Below are positions 38,510 through 50,682 of a stretch of DNA of 64,000 nucleotides, piece after piece. The position numbers and the translations under genes were made by a program. Under the pieces are notes generated by a model that saw only the letters and a list, made by a program, of their open reading frames with translations, did no database searches and was not told the origin of the DNA. Location: positions 67,273,065-67,337,064 of the forward strand of contig NC_057719.1 of NCBI RefSeq assembly GCF_004010195.1. The letters run 5' to 3'. Position 1 is the first letter of the stretch, and each line of letters starts with the position of its first letter. Source of the stretch: Chiloscyllium plagiosum (lineage: Eukaryota).

Positions 38510-40105
38510 AAAAGCATTCAATTCAGCTCAATGGTAGATGGTGAAATTTGAAATCAATACATAGCTGGAATTAAAAGCTAGTTACTGGAGACGGTGTAAT
38601 GACTGCCAATTGTCACAAAAAACAATCTGGTCAACCAATGCCCTTTGGCGAAGGAAATCGGCTGTCCTTACTAGTCTATCCGACATGAGACTCCAGACCC
38701 TCAGCAATGTTGTTAATGCTTAAATGTCCTCTGAAATGACTTAGTAAGTCATTCAGTTGTATCAAATCCACTACATTGAAGCCAGATAGACAATCTAACA
38801 TTGACCTAAGCACTGGAAATGTTAATGTTCATGGTGACCATGAAACATCTACCTTACTAACATTTAGAGGCTTGTGCCAAAATTGAGAGAGCTGTCTTAC
38901 AGACTATTTAAACTACAGCCTGACAATAGTCATACACATGGAATCATACCTCACAGACATTACCCCAAACATCACCAACAGCACAGTGATATAAAGTTAG
39001 GAAAGAATTGCTCTGAATGCCCTCAGCATCGACTCTGACCCCATGAAGTCTCATGGAATCAGGTTAAACAGGTAAGGAAACTGTCTGCTAATTATTGCCA
39101 CCAGTAAATGATAGGAGACAATTAAACAACTCACCGGAGGAGGAGAAAACTCCACAAGTATACCCATCTTCAATGATGCAGGAGATCAACACAAGAGTGC
39201 AAACAATAAGGCTGAAGTATTTGTGACAATCTTTAGTTAGGCATGCTGAATGGACAGATGGTCAATTTTGGAGATTGCAACATTTGATTCACTCCACATG
39301 ATATCAAGATATGGTCAGAGGCATTGGATAATGCAAAAGCTGTGGGTCTTAACAACATTCTGGCAATAATTCTGAAGAGTTGTGCTCCCGAAAAAAAAAC
39401 TGTTGCCATAATATCGACATTTACCCAACAATGTGTAAAATTGCGTAGCTATGTCCTGTACACAAAAAGCAGTACAGATTCAATCCAGTGAATTTTTAAG
39501 CTCTCAGTCTACTTTTCATCACCAGCAAAGTGATGGAAGGAGTCATCGACAGTTCTAGCAAGTGACACTTCCAAAGGAATCAACTTTTCACCGATGCTAA
39601 GTTTGGTTTCTTCCAGAGCCACTCAGCTCCTGACTTCATTGCAGGTTTAGCTCCAACGTGAATCAACATGCAGAACTACAGAGGTGAGGTGGAAGTGGCT
39701 GCCCTTGATATCAAGACAGTGTTTGAACATGTATTAAATCCAGGAGCTGTAGAAAAACTGGAGTCAATGCGAATCATCTACTAAATGGGTTGCTGAAACT
39801 CACCAAGTCTCATCCAATGGCAGCTCCCAAAGCCATGACCTCTGCCACCTAGCAGGACAATGACAGCAGTTGCGTGTGAACATCATCCTACTAAATTCCC
39901 CTCCAAGCCACACCAACCTGAGATGGAAATATATCCCCGTTCCTACTTCACTGTTGTTGGGTCATAATTTTGGAACTCTAACCCTAACAGCGCTTTGAGT
40001 GTACCTATTCCTCAAGGACTGTCACAGTTCAAAAAGGCAGCTCAGCAACTCCTTGTCAAGGATAATTAGGCAACAGCTGTCAGCAAAGCCCACCTTGCAT
40101 GAAGA
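38510..40105 (+). mobile_element. tRNA-headed CR1-like LINE, internally deleted but spanning 5' UTR to 3' tail
   Basis: SINE-like 5' region at 38510-38765, APE start LTNI*RLVPKLRELSYRLFKLQPD/IVIHMESYL at 38853, RT remnants at 39400-39730, tail at about 40030-40105. Confidence 0.8.
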
Positions 40106-41984
40106 AGCTGAAACTAAACTGTCAGAGCATTTTCCCATTTCACATTTTGACGTGAATTCTGTTCAAAATTACTTCTCTGACTGTAAAAAATACGTCCTAA
40201 AGCAAGACAGGAATGCAAGCCTGCCTTTCGTTTCTCATAAGTGGAACCAAATTGTCATAAATAAATATGAGACACCAAGGGCACAGAAACTGAAGCACTG
40301 TGAGTGATGTATGTCTCAGTAAGGTGCAACATAATCGGAAGATTCTGATTGGCTGTGTGAATTCTTTTGGACTTTGTTATCATAGTTTTATGATATCAGA
40401 ATTCTCTTTGAGAACTGATCCCCAGCAGACAAGTTTTGTGAAATGGAATGGCTCATTAGCTGTGTGATAAACAATTCCTTTTTCAATTGGTGCCTTTTAA
40501 AACATTTATTTGTAGAGAGTAGGTGTAATATGTATTTGTGTATTGTATAGATGTCACATACATACAATATGCTCACAGAGTTTGCAGCATTTAGTTCCTT
40601 CAGTTGTTTCTTGATATCATGTGAAATGAGTCAAATTGATTGGAGACTGGCAATATGCTCTATGGTCTGTCAGATCAGGCAGGGTCAAGTCAGGAGTGTG
40701 GAATTGAGTTTGGTCAGGGGGCTTAATGTTGGGTCTCTGGTTTGTGGGTTGGTTGTCTGGGGTCCAGGGAGGTGTAGTTAGGAGAGGTCGGTGATGAGTT
40801 AGGATGTTAATTTAGTAGTTGCTCAGGAATTAGACTAGGTTTTTAATCCCCTACCATTTCCTAGGTAACTATTTAGCTTAAGTGAGTCAGAATGAACCAA
40901 ATTCCCAGTTGTGAATGCATTCCTTTGGAAAGTTCCATGAACAGGGAAATTGCTCATCAGATAATGTAATTTCCTCAGCAATTTCCATGAAGTTAGTTGC
41001 ATTTGGGATTCTGCATGGTCTGGTATAAAAGTCCAATCCATCCTGTACCAATGACTGTTTGGTCATTGGAATATCTTGGCCAAAGACTTTGCACTATAGA
41101 AGGTCAATCAGCCCATCACACCCATGATAGCTCTCTAAAGAGGTGCTCTCTTTTCTTGTCATCTATGCTAATGCCTTTAAACACCTTTTAAAATATTATT
41201 TGTCCACTTTCCTTTCAAAGGTTCTTTCTGAACCCTGCTTCTGTGCCTTAAAACGTTTTAACATAAACTGCTTTTAATTACTCCTGTTGATGGCCAGCTT
41301 AGACCTTTTCCTCTAGTTATGTGAAAGTAGAAAAATTCCACCCAGTCAGCCACAGAGCAAGTTTCCTCCCTAAAGGATCTTAGTAACCTGAAAGGGATTT
41401 ACATTAAATCTGTATCTTCTCGTGCAAGTCTACAATTTATTAGATTTATCAAATTTATTTTCATAAGTTGTTGAAGTGAGATTTGAACTTCACATTTTTG
41501 AGAATAGGCAGTGAGGACCCTCTGACAGTCAATCAGCAGCAACTAGAGAAGTGGGTGAGACAGGAAGTCACATCTAGGAGTAGATTCATTGGAGCTGATT
41601 GGAATTAGCTCTTAGTCTATTACAGAGAAAGGATCTAATTGGTGAGTCTTTGGTAAGGGATTATTGTCTTTTCTGTTCTAAAGGTTTAACGTAGTATCCG
41701 AAATGATGATAAAGTTGATTTTAAAATATTAAATAGGTGAGTAGTATAATTTAAATAACTGATTATTATGAATTAAGACCAGCCAGATAGGCAATGTATC
41801 ACCACTGCAGCGTGTAGGAGTTCCTGGATGCCAGTTTAGTCCAGAACAATCATGCCTGTGGCAAATGTTTGAAGTTTGAGATTTTATGAGTTGAAGGCTG
41901 ATTTTAAAATGTTGCAGTACATCAAGGAGGGGGAGCATCACCTGGATCCTTTATAACAAGAAGCCGTCACAGCACTTGAGAAAG

Positions 41985-42497
41985 TGTATAAGGTGGGAAC
42001 AGGTAGGGAAAGAATTAAATTTTGGGTTGTGTGAGACAAAGACTCAGCTAGCATGACTTAGATCAGATAAGAACTTGCAGTAAACAATGAGGTGCTGGAG
42101 GCAAAGGTAGTGGAATGACAAGGTGGAAAAGCATTCCTTATGTAAAGCCATTTAACAAGGTGAAAATAATTCATTATGTAAAGTCACTTAACAAGGTTAA
42201 GAACATCCATTGTATAACACCAGATGACTTAATCTTTACTGTTGAAGCTTGCTGATTGTAACGGTCACCCAATCAATATAGATGTTGCCTTATTTGGAAG
42301 CTGCTACCTGTAAGTGACTATGGTATTCCTTAAGAATCTGCTGTTCTAGAGAAGACCGAGAACACATGTCTCTGTGCACATGGGCGATTGTTTTCTCTCT
42401 CTCCAGGGCCTGGAATAAAGATGAAGGATGTAAAGCCGTACTGTGTCCCTGAGTGTTTGTTTCGACTGATACGGAGATAGGGAAATGAGATGACACA
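41985..42497 (+). mobile_element. Probable solo LTR inside CR1 ORF1
   Basis: About 510-bp insert between contiguous ORF1 pieces; TG..CA candidates; AATAAA near 42415; no clear TSD. Confidence 0.5.
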
Positions 42498-42756
42498 CTC
42501 GGGGTTGGGTCAACTGATTTGTTCAGTGTTCAGGGACAGGAGAATGTTACTGCAGATGAGGCAAGTAAGGGGACCCAAAGGGCAGGAGCACAGGAGCCTC
42601 AGTCTTGACAACTGTCCAATAGCTTGGAGGTTATTTCAGTCTGTCTGGATGCAAGTGGAGACTTCAAGGTGGATGAGCTAAGTGACCATGGCACTGTAGA
42701 GTCACTCAAGAAGGGGGAGTAAGTGGGAATGTAGTGTAAAGGGGAACAATTCAGGA

Positions 42757-43292
42757 AGGTAAAAACAATGACTGCAGATGCTGGAAACCAGATTCCGGAA
42801 TAGAGTGGTGCTGGAAAAGCACAGCAGTTCAGGAAGCATCCGAGGAGCAGTAAAATCAATGTTTCGGGCAAAAGCACTTCATCAGGAATACAGTCAGAGT
42901 GCCTGAAGGGTGGAGAGATAAATGAGAGGAGGGTGAGGATGGGGAGAAAGTAGCATAGAGTACAATAGGTGAGTGGGGGAGGGGGTGAAGGTGATAGGTC
43001 AGGGAGAAGGGTAGGGGAAGGTAGCAAAGAGTACAATGGGTGGATGGGGGTGGGATGAAGGTGATAGGTCAGAGAGTACGGTGGAGTGGATAGGTGGAAA
43101 AGAAGATAGGTAGGACAAATCATGGGGACAGTGCTGAGTTGGAAAGCAAATGTGGCTGCAGTAGTGAGTCTGTTTTAGGACATGGTTGAAGAGCTGCAGG
43201 GCAGAGGAAATGACCTGGGAGTTGCAGTGGGAGAGGGACTCCCTGAGATTCTTGTAGAGACAGGAGGAAAACTTCTTCAAGGCAGGCATCAA
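42757..43292 (-). mobile_element. Penelope-like element fragment (family A pLTR plus ORF piece)
   Basis: gactgcagatgctgg..gtttcgggcaaaagcacttcatcaggaata (decayed hammerhead, -); ORF LRESLSHCNSQVISSALQLFNHVLKQT. Confidence 0.82.
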
Positions 43293-43567
43293 TGCCAATT
43301 GACACTATTCTCTGCAGCAAAGAAGCAGGAGCCCAGACAACTGTATTACCTGCCCTTGTGAAAGGATTGAAGACATTTGATGAGGGCTAAAGATCAACTT
43401 CCAGTAGGAAGAAGAAGATACATTTGATGTGGTCCAGTAGATACCAGTGACATAGGCAGAACAAAGGATGATTTTCTGAGGGGCTAGATGCCAAATGAAG
43501 AAGCAGACTTTAATATCTTAATCTCTGCATGATTACTTGATCCATGAGCAAATTGATATTGGCCATT

Positions 43568-43925
43568 TTTTCTTATTCATTCATTGGATAAGAATGTTGC
43601 TGGTTAGGCCAGCATTTATTGACCATCCATTATTGCCCAGAGGGCAGTTAAGAGTCAACCACATTGCTGTGGGACTGAAGTCACATATAAACCAGACCAG
43701 GTATGGATGGCAGTTACCTTTTGTGAAGGACATCAGTGAACCAGGTGGGTTTTTCCAACAATCGACAGTGTATTCAATGGTCAATCGATGGTCATCAATA
43801 GACTTTTAGTTCCAGATTTGTATTGAATTCAAATTCCACCATTTGCCATGGCGGGATTTGAACCTGAGTCCCCAGAACATGACATGGGTCTCTGGATTAG
43901 CAGTCTAGTGATAATACCATTTGGA
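43568..43925 (-). mobile_element. tRNA-LINE-derived SINE, near complete
   Basis: Minus strand: head tggtattatcactagact..ggttcaaatccc, body, tail caataaatgctggcctaaccagc..atgaatgaat. Confidence 0.85.
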
Positions 43926-44177
43926 TTTTTGCATTCACAAAATCCCATTAGAGAGACAAATGCATGTATTAAAGACTGGTGTAGGAGAAGTGGGTTCTGA
44001 TTTGTGGGGGACTGGCACCAGTACTTGGGAAAGTGCAATCTGTACCAATGGGATGGTCCCACTTAAGCTGTGCTTATCTTGAACACATAACAAGGAAAGT
44101 AGAGAGGATTTCAAATTAAACAGTGGAGGCAAGGAATCAAATTTGAGAAGGTGTGGTAAATTAAAAAGTCAAAACTA

Positions 44178-44385
44178 GAGTCATAGAATCATAGAGTTGT
44201 ACAACATGGAAACAGTCCCTTTGCCTAACTCGTTCATGCTGACTAAATATCCTAAAGTAATCTAGTCCCATTTGCCAGCATTTGGCCCATATCATTCTGA
44301 ACTCTTCCTAAGCATATACCCATCCAGATGTCTTTTAAATGTTGTAATTGTACCAGCCTCCGCCACTTCCTCTGACAGCTCATTC
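44178..44385 (-). mobile_element. CR1 3' end, continuing at 47064-47100 after the nested CR1
   Basis: agagtcatagaatcatagag tail; ..cagctcattcc resumes as ccactctgttaaagaaaaagttgcccctcagg. Confidence 0.8.
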
Positions 44386-44389
44386 CTCA

Positions 44390-47063
44390 GAATGTAGCAC
44401 TGACAGCAAGGTTTCTGGTACTGAGACTGGCTCTAATGTAACGAGGGTTATGCCAGGTTCCAAGCGATCGATTGTGATAGGGGACTCTCTGATCAGAGGC
44501 AGAGACAGACATTTCTGTGGCTGACAACGAGAGATCAGAATGGTGTGTTGCATCCCTAGTGCCAGGATCAAGGATGTTTTGGAGAGAATGCAGAATATTT
44601 TCAAAAGGGAGAGAATCCAGCACAAAGTCGTTATATACATTGGGAGAGAAAAGGCTGAGATTCTGAGAATTTAGGCAGGAATCTAAAATGGAGGTCACCG
44701 ATGCTAGTAATATCTGGGATATTCCCAGTGCCACGAGCTAGCGAGGGTAGGAGTAGGAGGATAGACCAGAAGAATGTGGGGCTGATGAGCTGGTACAGGG
44801 GAGAAGAACTCACATTCTTGGATCATTGGAATCTCTTCTGGGGTAGATGTAAGCTTTACAAGAAAGACTGCTTGCACCTGAATTGGAAGGAGATTAATAT
44901 ACTGGTGGAGAAATTTGTTACAGGGAGGATTCAAACTAGTGGTCATGGGGATGGCAGATATGGAGGTGGGACCCGGGGGAATAGTGAGGAAAGAGATTAG
45001 TCTAAGATTGGTACAGATGGGAAAAGGAGCAAGTCAAATAGGCCAGACAGGAACAAAGCAGAGAATGAGGTAAGATTGATGCATTAACTACATTTATTTC
45101 AGTGCAAGAGGCCTAACAGGTATGACAGATGCTCAGGGCATGGTTGGGAACATGGGACTGGGATATCATAGCATGTACAGAGACATTGCTCAGGGATGGC
45201 AGGACTGGCAGCAGAATGTTCCAGGGTATAGATGCTGTAGGAAAGATAGGAAGGGGGGGGGCAAGAGAGGATGGGGAGTGGCATTTTTTGATAAAGGATA
45301 ACATTACAGCTGTACTTAGGGAGGGTATTCCTAGGATATGTCCAGGAATGTTATTTGGGTGGAACTGAGAAATAAGAAAGAGATGATCACCTTACTGGGA
45401 CCGTACTATAGACTCCTCAGCAATCAACAGAAAATTGAGAAACAAATTTGTAAGGAGATCTCAGTTATCTGCAAGAATAATAGAGTGGTTATTGTAGGGG
45501 ATTTTAACTTTTCAAACATAGATCGGGACTGCCATAGTGCTAAGGGCTTGGATGGAGAGATATTGTTACATGTGTACAAGAAATTTTTCTGATTCTGTAT
45601 AGAGAATTATTAGAGAAGGTGAAAAACCTGATCTACTGTTGGGAAATAAGGCAGGCCAGTTGACTGAGGTGTCAGTGGAGGAGCACTTTGGGGCCAGTGA
45701 GCATAATTCTATTAGTTTTAAAATAGTGATGGAAAGGATAGATTGGATCTAAAAGTTAAAGTTCTAAATTGGAGGAAGGCCAACTTTGAAGGCATTCGAC
45801 AAGAACTTACAAAAATTGATTGGGGGCAGATATTTTCTGGTAAAGAGATGCTTGGAAAATGGGAGGCCTTCAAAAATGAGATAATGCGAGTCTGGAGACA
45901 TTATGTTCCTGTTTGGGAAAAGGGCAAGACTGGAGGAATAGGGAATGCTGGATGACTAGAAAAATCGAGATTTTTGTCAAGAAAAGGAAAGAAGCATATG
46001 TCAAGTATAAGATTGAGTGAATCCCGAGAAGAGAACAAAAGCAGAGGAGGATGCTTAAGAGGGAAATCAAGAGGCAAAAAGGGGACATGAAATATCTTTG
46101 GCAAATAGGGTTAAGGAGAATCCAAAGGGATTCTACAAATACATTCAGGACAAAAGAGTAACTATGGAGAGAATGGGGCCCCATAAAGACCAGCAAGGCC
46201 ACCTCTGTATGGAACCGCAGGAGATGGGGAGGATATTGAACATGTATTTTGTATCAGTGTTTACTGAGGAGAAAGATATGGAAGATATAGAACATGGGGA
46301 AATAAATAATGGTTTTTTGACAAATGTCCACATTATAGAGGAAGTCGTACTGGGTGGCTTAAAATGCAAAGGTGGATAAATCAATAGAGGTGCAGGTAGA
46401 TAGGATAGTAAAGAAGGCATTTGGTATACTTGCCTTTATTGGTCAGTGCATTGAGTATAGGAGTTGGGAGGTCATGTTGCGGCTGTACAGGGCATTAATT
46501 AGACCACTTTTAGAATACTGCATGCAATTGTGGTCTCCCTGCTATAGGAAGCATGTTGTGAAACTTGACAAAGTTCAGAAAAGAGTTACAAACGTGTTGC
46601 CAGGGTTGAAGAGTTTGAGCTAAGGGAGAGGCTGAATGGGCTGGGGCTATTTTCCCTGGAGCATTGGAGGCTGAGAGGTGACCTTATTGAAGTTTATAAA
46701 ATAATGGGAGGCATGGATAGGGTAAATAGACAAGGTCCTTTCCCTGGGGTGGGAGAGCCCAAAACTGGAGGGCATAATTTTAAGGTAAGAGGGGAAAGAT
46801 TTGAAAGGAACCTAAGGGTCAACCTTTTCATGGAAAGGGTGGTGCATGTATGGAATGAGCTGCCAGGGAGGTAGTGAAGGGCTGATGTAGTTACAACATT
46901 TAAAAGGCATCTGGATTGGTACATGAATGGGAAGGGTTTAGAGGAACTTGGGCAAAATGCTGGCAGATGACACTATTTATTTAGGACATCTGGTTGGCAT
47001 GGGTGAATTGGATTGAAGGATTTATTTCCGTGCTGTATATCTTTATAACTCTATGACTCTATG
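44390..47063 (+). mobile_element. CR1 LINE with ORF1 esterase, APE and 3' end but no RT core
   Basis: IVIGDSLIRG (44471), WDIIACTET (45158), VIVGDFNF (45488), NRVKENPKGFYKYI; junction near 46380 straight into QVDRIVKKAFGILAFI; tail tctatgactctatg. Confidence 0.9.
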
Positions 47064-47099
47064 GCCACTCTGTTAAAGAAAAAGTTGCCCCTCAGGCCC

Positions 47100-48318
47100 C
47101 TCATTCCATCAGCATAGGTATCTCTCTAATCCCTCATGCTAATTCTATATCAGCTAATGCACATGCCTTGCACTAAACCTCATGCTCTATCACTCTCATT
47201 ATTGTCCAAGAACATCTTCTACACACAGACACATACTCACCTACCCCAAACAGTAGCACATTAACCCTGTACATTCCTTGCACTGCCTACTGACTCACTA
47301 GCAAAATCTTCCCATTTGCACCAGCAGTAGGTTTTGTATCACGCACTTTCATTTTCTGTAATACCTGCCTGTCTCCCATTCCATGAGCAGAACAGCCTAC
47401 AATAGAGCAGGAAGACTCAATATGGCTGGCATGTCATTCAGCTCCTCAGCTCTAATAGGTAAAGAATCCTGATACTGACGGCCCTGAGCAAGGCTTAAAT
47501 GGGTATCGGAGGCTGCCCTTGATTTACTGAGCTGGAACACCCTGAACAAAAACTACTACTCTTGACTAGACTGAAGCCGGCTGACAACCATGGCAAGTTT
47601 CCTTGATTTTTGTCTTCTCTAAATGATACATCAAGACAATACTAAAATAAGCCACGTATCTCTGGGTGAGGGCCAATGTACAAGAATGCAATGCAAGGCA
47701 GGGATGTTGTAAGCATCAGAGTGGATGAACACTATGACACTGACTGAAGAGCTCAGAGATACAACCTGATTCAGTTCATGAGATAGGCTCATGGCCCTGA
47801 GTTCTTGCTGCATCATTGTAAAGATAGTTGCCAGTGTAGCGCAAAGTGAAATATTGAGGCACAGCTGCACACTGTTGGTGGAACAGTGATGTGCAGTGAG
47901 AGCTCATTCAGGTTTTCACTTGCTGGATGCCAAGTCTGTGGATGTGAGGTCCATGTAGTTAGTACCCATGGAGTGTGCCTGAGATGTGGGTGCCTTGGAG
48001 ATCCTTTGGAGCAGCAGCAAATTGAACCTACTAAAAATCTGTTCTGAATTCCATGTAGATTTTCCTTGATGGCTAATTTGCATGGCAGGTTTGGTAAGAA
48101 CACAACCCTTGATGAGTTGGACTGTTAACAAGTCAGTTAAAAAACAATAGAGTGTCAATTGGAATTTTGCCATTACCTGGCAAGAACCTTGCCATACTAC
48201 TTGGACAAAGTGGAGACATTGTAGCGAGATTATGTTGATGTTGAGATGACCATCTTACCTGATTCTACCACTCCACATCATTGCCAATGTTAGTCAGTGC
48301 CTGGCAAGATTCCACCCC
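47100..48318 (-). mobile_element. Very decayed PIF/Harbinger-like remnant
   Basis: Minus-strand LATIFTMMQQELRAM weakly resembles the transposase N-terminus; TIR-like ggggtggaatcttgccag at 48301-48318 (-). Confidence 0.35.
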
Positions 48319-48329
48319 ATCATTCTTGG

Positions 48330-49825
48330 CCACTCTGTTGGAGTTCTTTGAGGAGCTGAAGGGGAACAGAAGGCTGTACTATCTCTAGGTTTCCATAAGG
48401 CATTTGGTAGGTGCCAAATCAAAGCTTATTGCTGAAAGTAAAAGCTCATAGTGTGGTGAGTAACATGTTGACATGGGAAGGAGATTGGCCCGTTAACAGG
48501 AAGCAAAGAGTAAGCATTAATGGGTATTTTTCAGGTTGGCAAGATGCAATGAGTGCTGAAAATGTGTTGCTGGTAAAGCGCAGCAGGTCAGGCAGCATCC
48601 AAGGAACAGGAGAATCGATATTTTGGGCATAAGCTCTTCTTCAGGAATTCCTGAAGAAGGGTTTATGCCCGAAACGTCAATCCTCCTGTTCCTTGGATGC
48701 TGCCTGACCTGCTGCGCTTTTCCAGCAACACATTTTCAGCTCTGATCTCCAGCATCTACAGTCCTCACTTTCTCCTCGAAGATGTAATGAGTGGTGAGCC
48801 ACAGGGTTCAGTATTGGAGGCCTCAACATTTTACAATGTATATACATGATTTGAATGAAAAGATAAAAAGTATGATTGTCAGATTTGCTGATGATCCACA
48901 GATAGATATGAAAGTAAATTATGAAGGTGACATAAGGAGGTAACAAAAATTTACATGTAGTTTAAGTGAGTGGATGAAGATGTGTCAAATGCAGTATAAT
49001 GTGGAAAAAATAAGAAAACATTCATTTTGGCTGGAAGAATAAAGAAAGTATATTAGCTAATCTATGAGGTGCTGCAGAGTTCTGAGATGTAGAATGATCT
49101 GTGTGTTCTTATGCACAAGTGGCTAAGGTAAATAATGCAGGTACAGTACGTAATTTGGAAAGCTAATACAATGTTACTATTGATCGTGAAGAGAACTGAA
49201 TACAACAGAAAGGTGTTTATGCTTCACTTATAGAGGGCATTAATGAGACTTCATCCAGTGTATTCTGGAGACTATTGATCACCAGAGTATTAATCACCAT
49301 ATTTAAGAAACAATGCAAATACACTGGAGGAAGTTTAGAGAAGGATTATCAGACTAATACCAGGAATTGGAGTTGAGAGGTGCAGTTATCTTGTGAGGAA
49401 AGATTGGACTTTCTTGGCTTGTTTCTACAGGGGTTTGAAAGAGTAAGAGGTGATTGTTTGAAATATATAAGATCCTGAGACATCTTGACAGGGTAAATGG
49501 GAGAGGATATTTCCTTTTATGGTAGAATCTAGAACTGGGTCACTGTTTAGAAACCAAGGTCACCATTTTAAAACAGGGTTAAAGTGATTTTCTTCTCTCT
49601 TTATCTTTGGAACTTTGCCTGAAAAGGTGGTGGAAACAGATTCTTGAATATTTTTCAGACAGAGGTGGATAGATGCTTGTTAAGCATGAGGGTGAAAGGT
49701 TATCAGGGAAGAGCAGGAATGTAGATTTGAGGTTACAATCAGATTGGCCATGAGCCAATTGAATGGTGGAGCAAGCTTAATGAGCTGAATGGCCTGGTCT
49801 CATTCCTAGTTTGGATGTTTGTAAT
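48330..49825 (+). mobile_element. Old CR1, RT to 3' end
   Basis: NRKQRVSINGYFSGWQD, EPQGSVL, RFADD (48881-48895), CR1 3' UTR. Confidence 0.85.
48556..48778. mobile_element. Penelope-derived spacerless palindromic insertion (family A) with a hammerhead
   Basis: 93-bp arms at 48555-48647 / 48648-48740; TSD aagatg(c/t)aatgagtg at 48541-48555 / 48779-48793; CTGAAGA-agggtttatgccc-GAAACGTC at 48651-48678. Confidence 0.9.
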
Positions 49826-49945
49826 TATTTCTGGATTGCTAGTAAAATGACAGTGCCTTTAGCTTATTGCACCAACCATATTGCCTTGGCGATGCTACAT
49901 GCCATTTGTTGACACAACAGCAGTTTCTTAAAGAGTAAAGTTTAT

Positions 49946-50228
49946 TGAATCCCTACAGTTTGAAGCAGGCCATTCAGCCCATCGAGTTACCTCTCTGAAG
50001 AGCATCCCACCCAGACATCCCCCTTCCCTGTAACTCTGCATTTACCATGGCTAATCCACCTAACCTGCACATCATTGGGCTGTGGGAAGAAACTGGAGCA
50101 CCCAGGGGAAACCCATGCAGGAAAAGGGAAAATATGCAAATTTCACATGGACAGTCACCCTCGGCTGGAATTGAACCCAGTCTCCAGCACTGTGAGGCAA
50201 CAGTGCTAACCATTGAGTCACCGTTTCA
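49946..50228 (-). mobile_element. HE1-type V-SINE, older copy
   Basis: Reverse complement of head, V-core and tail. Confidence 0.85.
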
Positions 50229-50547
50229 CCCTAAAGGTTGTCCCACTTTATCATGTCATTTTCAGATGAGATAATAAATATGCCAATGTCAGGGATTTCT
50301 GGAAATGGTATCTCATAATAAATCAGGTAATTAGAGAATGAAGAAAATGTCTTATCTGGCACATATGGAATTCTGTGTGCACAGTAATGTGCTTACCCCT
50401 GAAGTACAAACCACTAAGGTCAAAGGCAATAGGGGATGGCAACAAATCCTGGCTTAAATTAAAAACAAATCAATAAACACATAACCACTACAGGTCCTAG
50501 ATAGTTGACCATCATTGATATGCAATTCTGTTAGTACCATGTCTAGT

Positions 50548-50682
50548 TTAGATTAGATTAGATTGCTTACAGTGTGGAAACAGGCCCTTCGGCCCAACAA
50601 GTCCCCACTGACCCGCCGAAGCGCAACCCACCCAGACCCATTTCCCTACATTTACCCCTGCCCCTAACACTATGAGCAATTT
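50548..50682 (-). mobile_element. HE1 SINE 3' fragment
   Basis: (ttaga)n tail and cagtgtggaaacaggcccttcggcccaacaagtcc. Confidence 0.85.

Larger units (their letters stand above)
41550..44170 (+). mobile_element. Old CR1 5' UTR and ORF1 (zinc/leucine zipper plus SGNH esterase), split by three insertions
   Basis: C..V*EFLDAS..NHACGKC..EGEHHLD..QEAVTAL (41790-41980), DHGTV (42685), IDTILCSK..DIGRTKD (43297-43470), WCRRSG..WHQY (43977-44025). Confidence 0.75.

Noticed and set aside
42599..43123. 174-aa minus-strand Pro-rich ORF
   Set aside because: Runs through a PLE pLTR and antisense CR1 ORF1; low-complexity purine/pyrimidine tract
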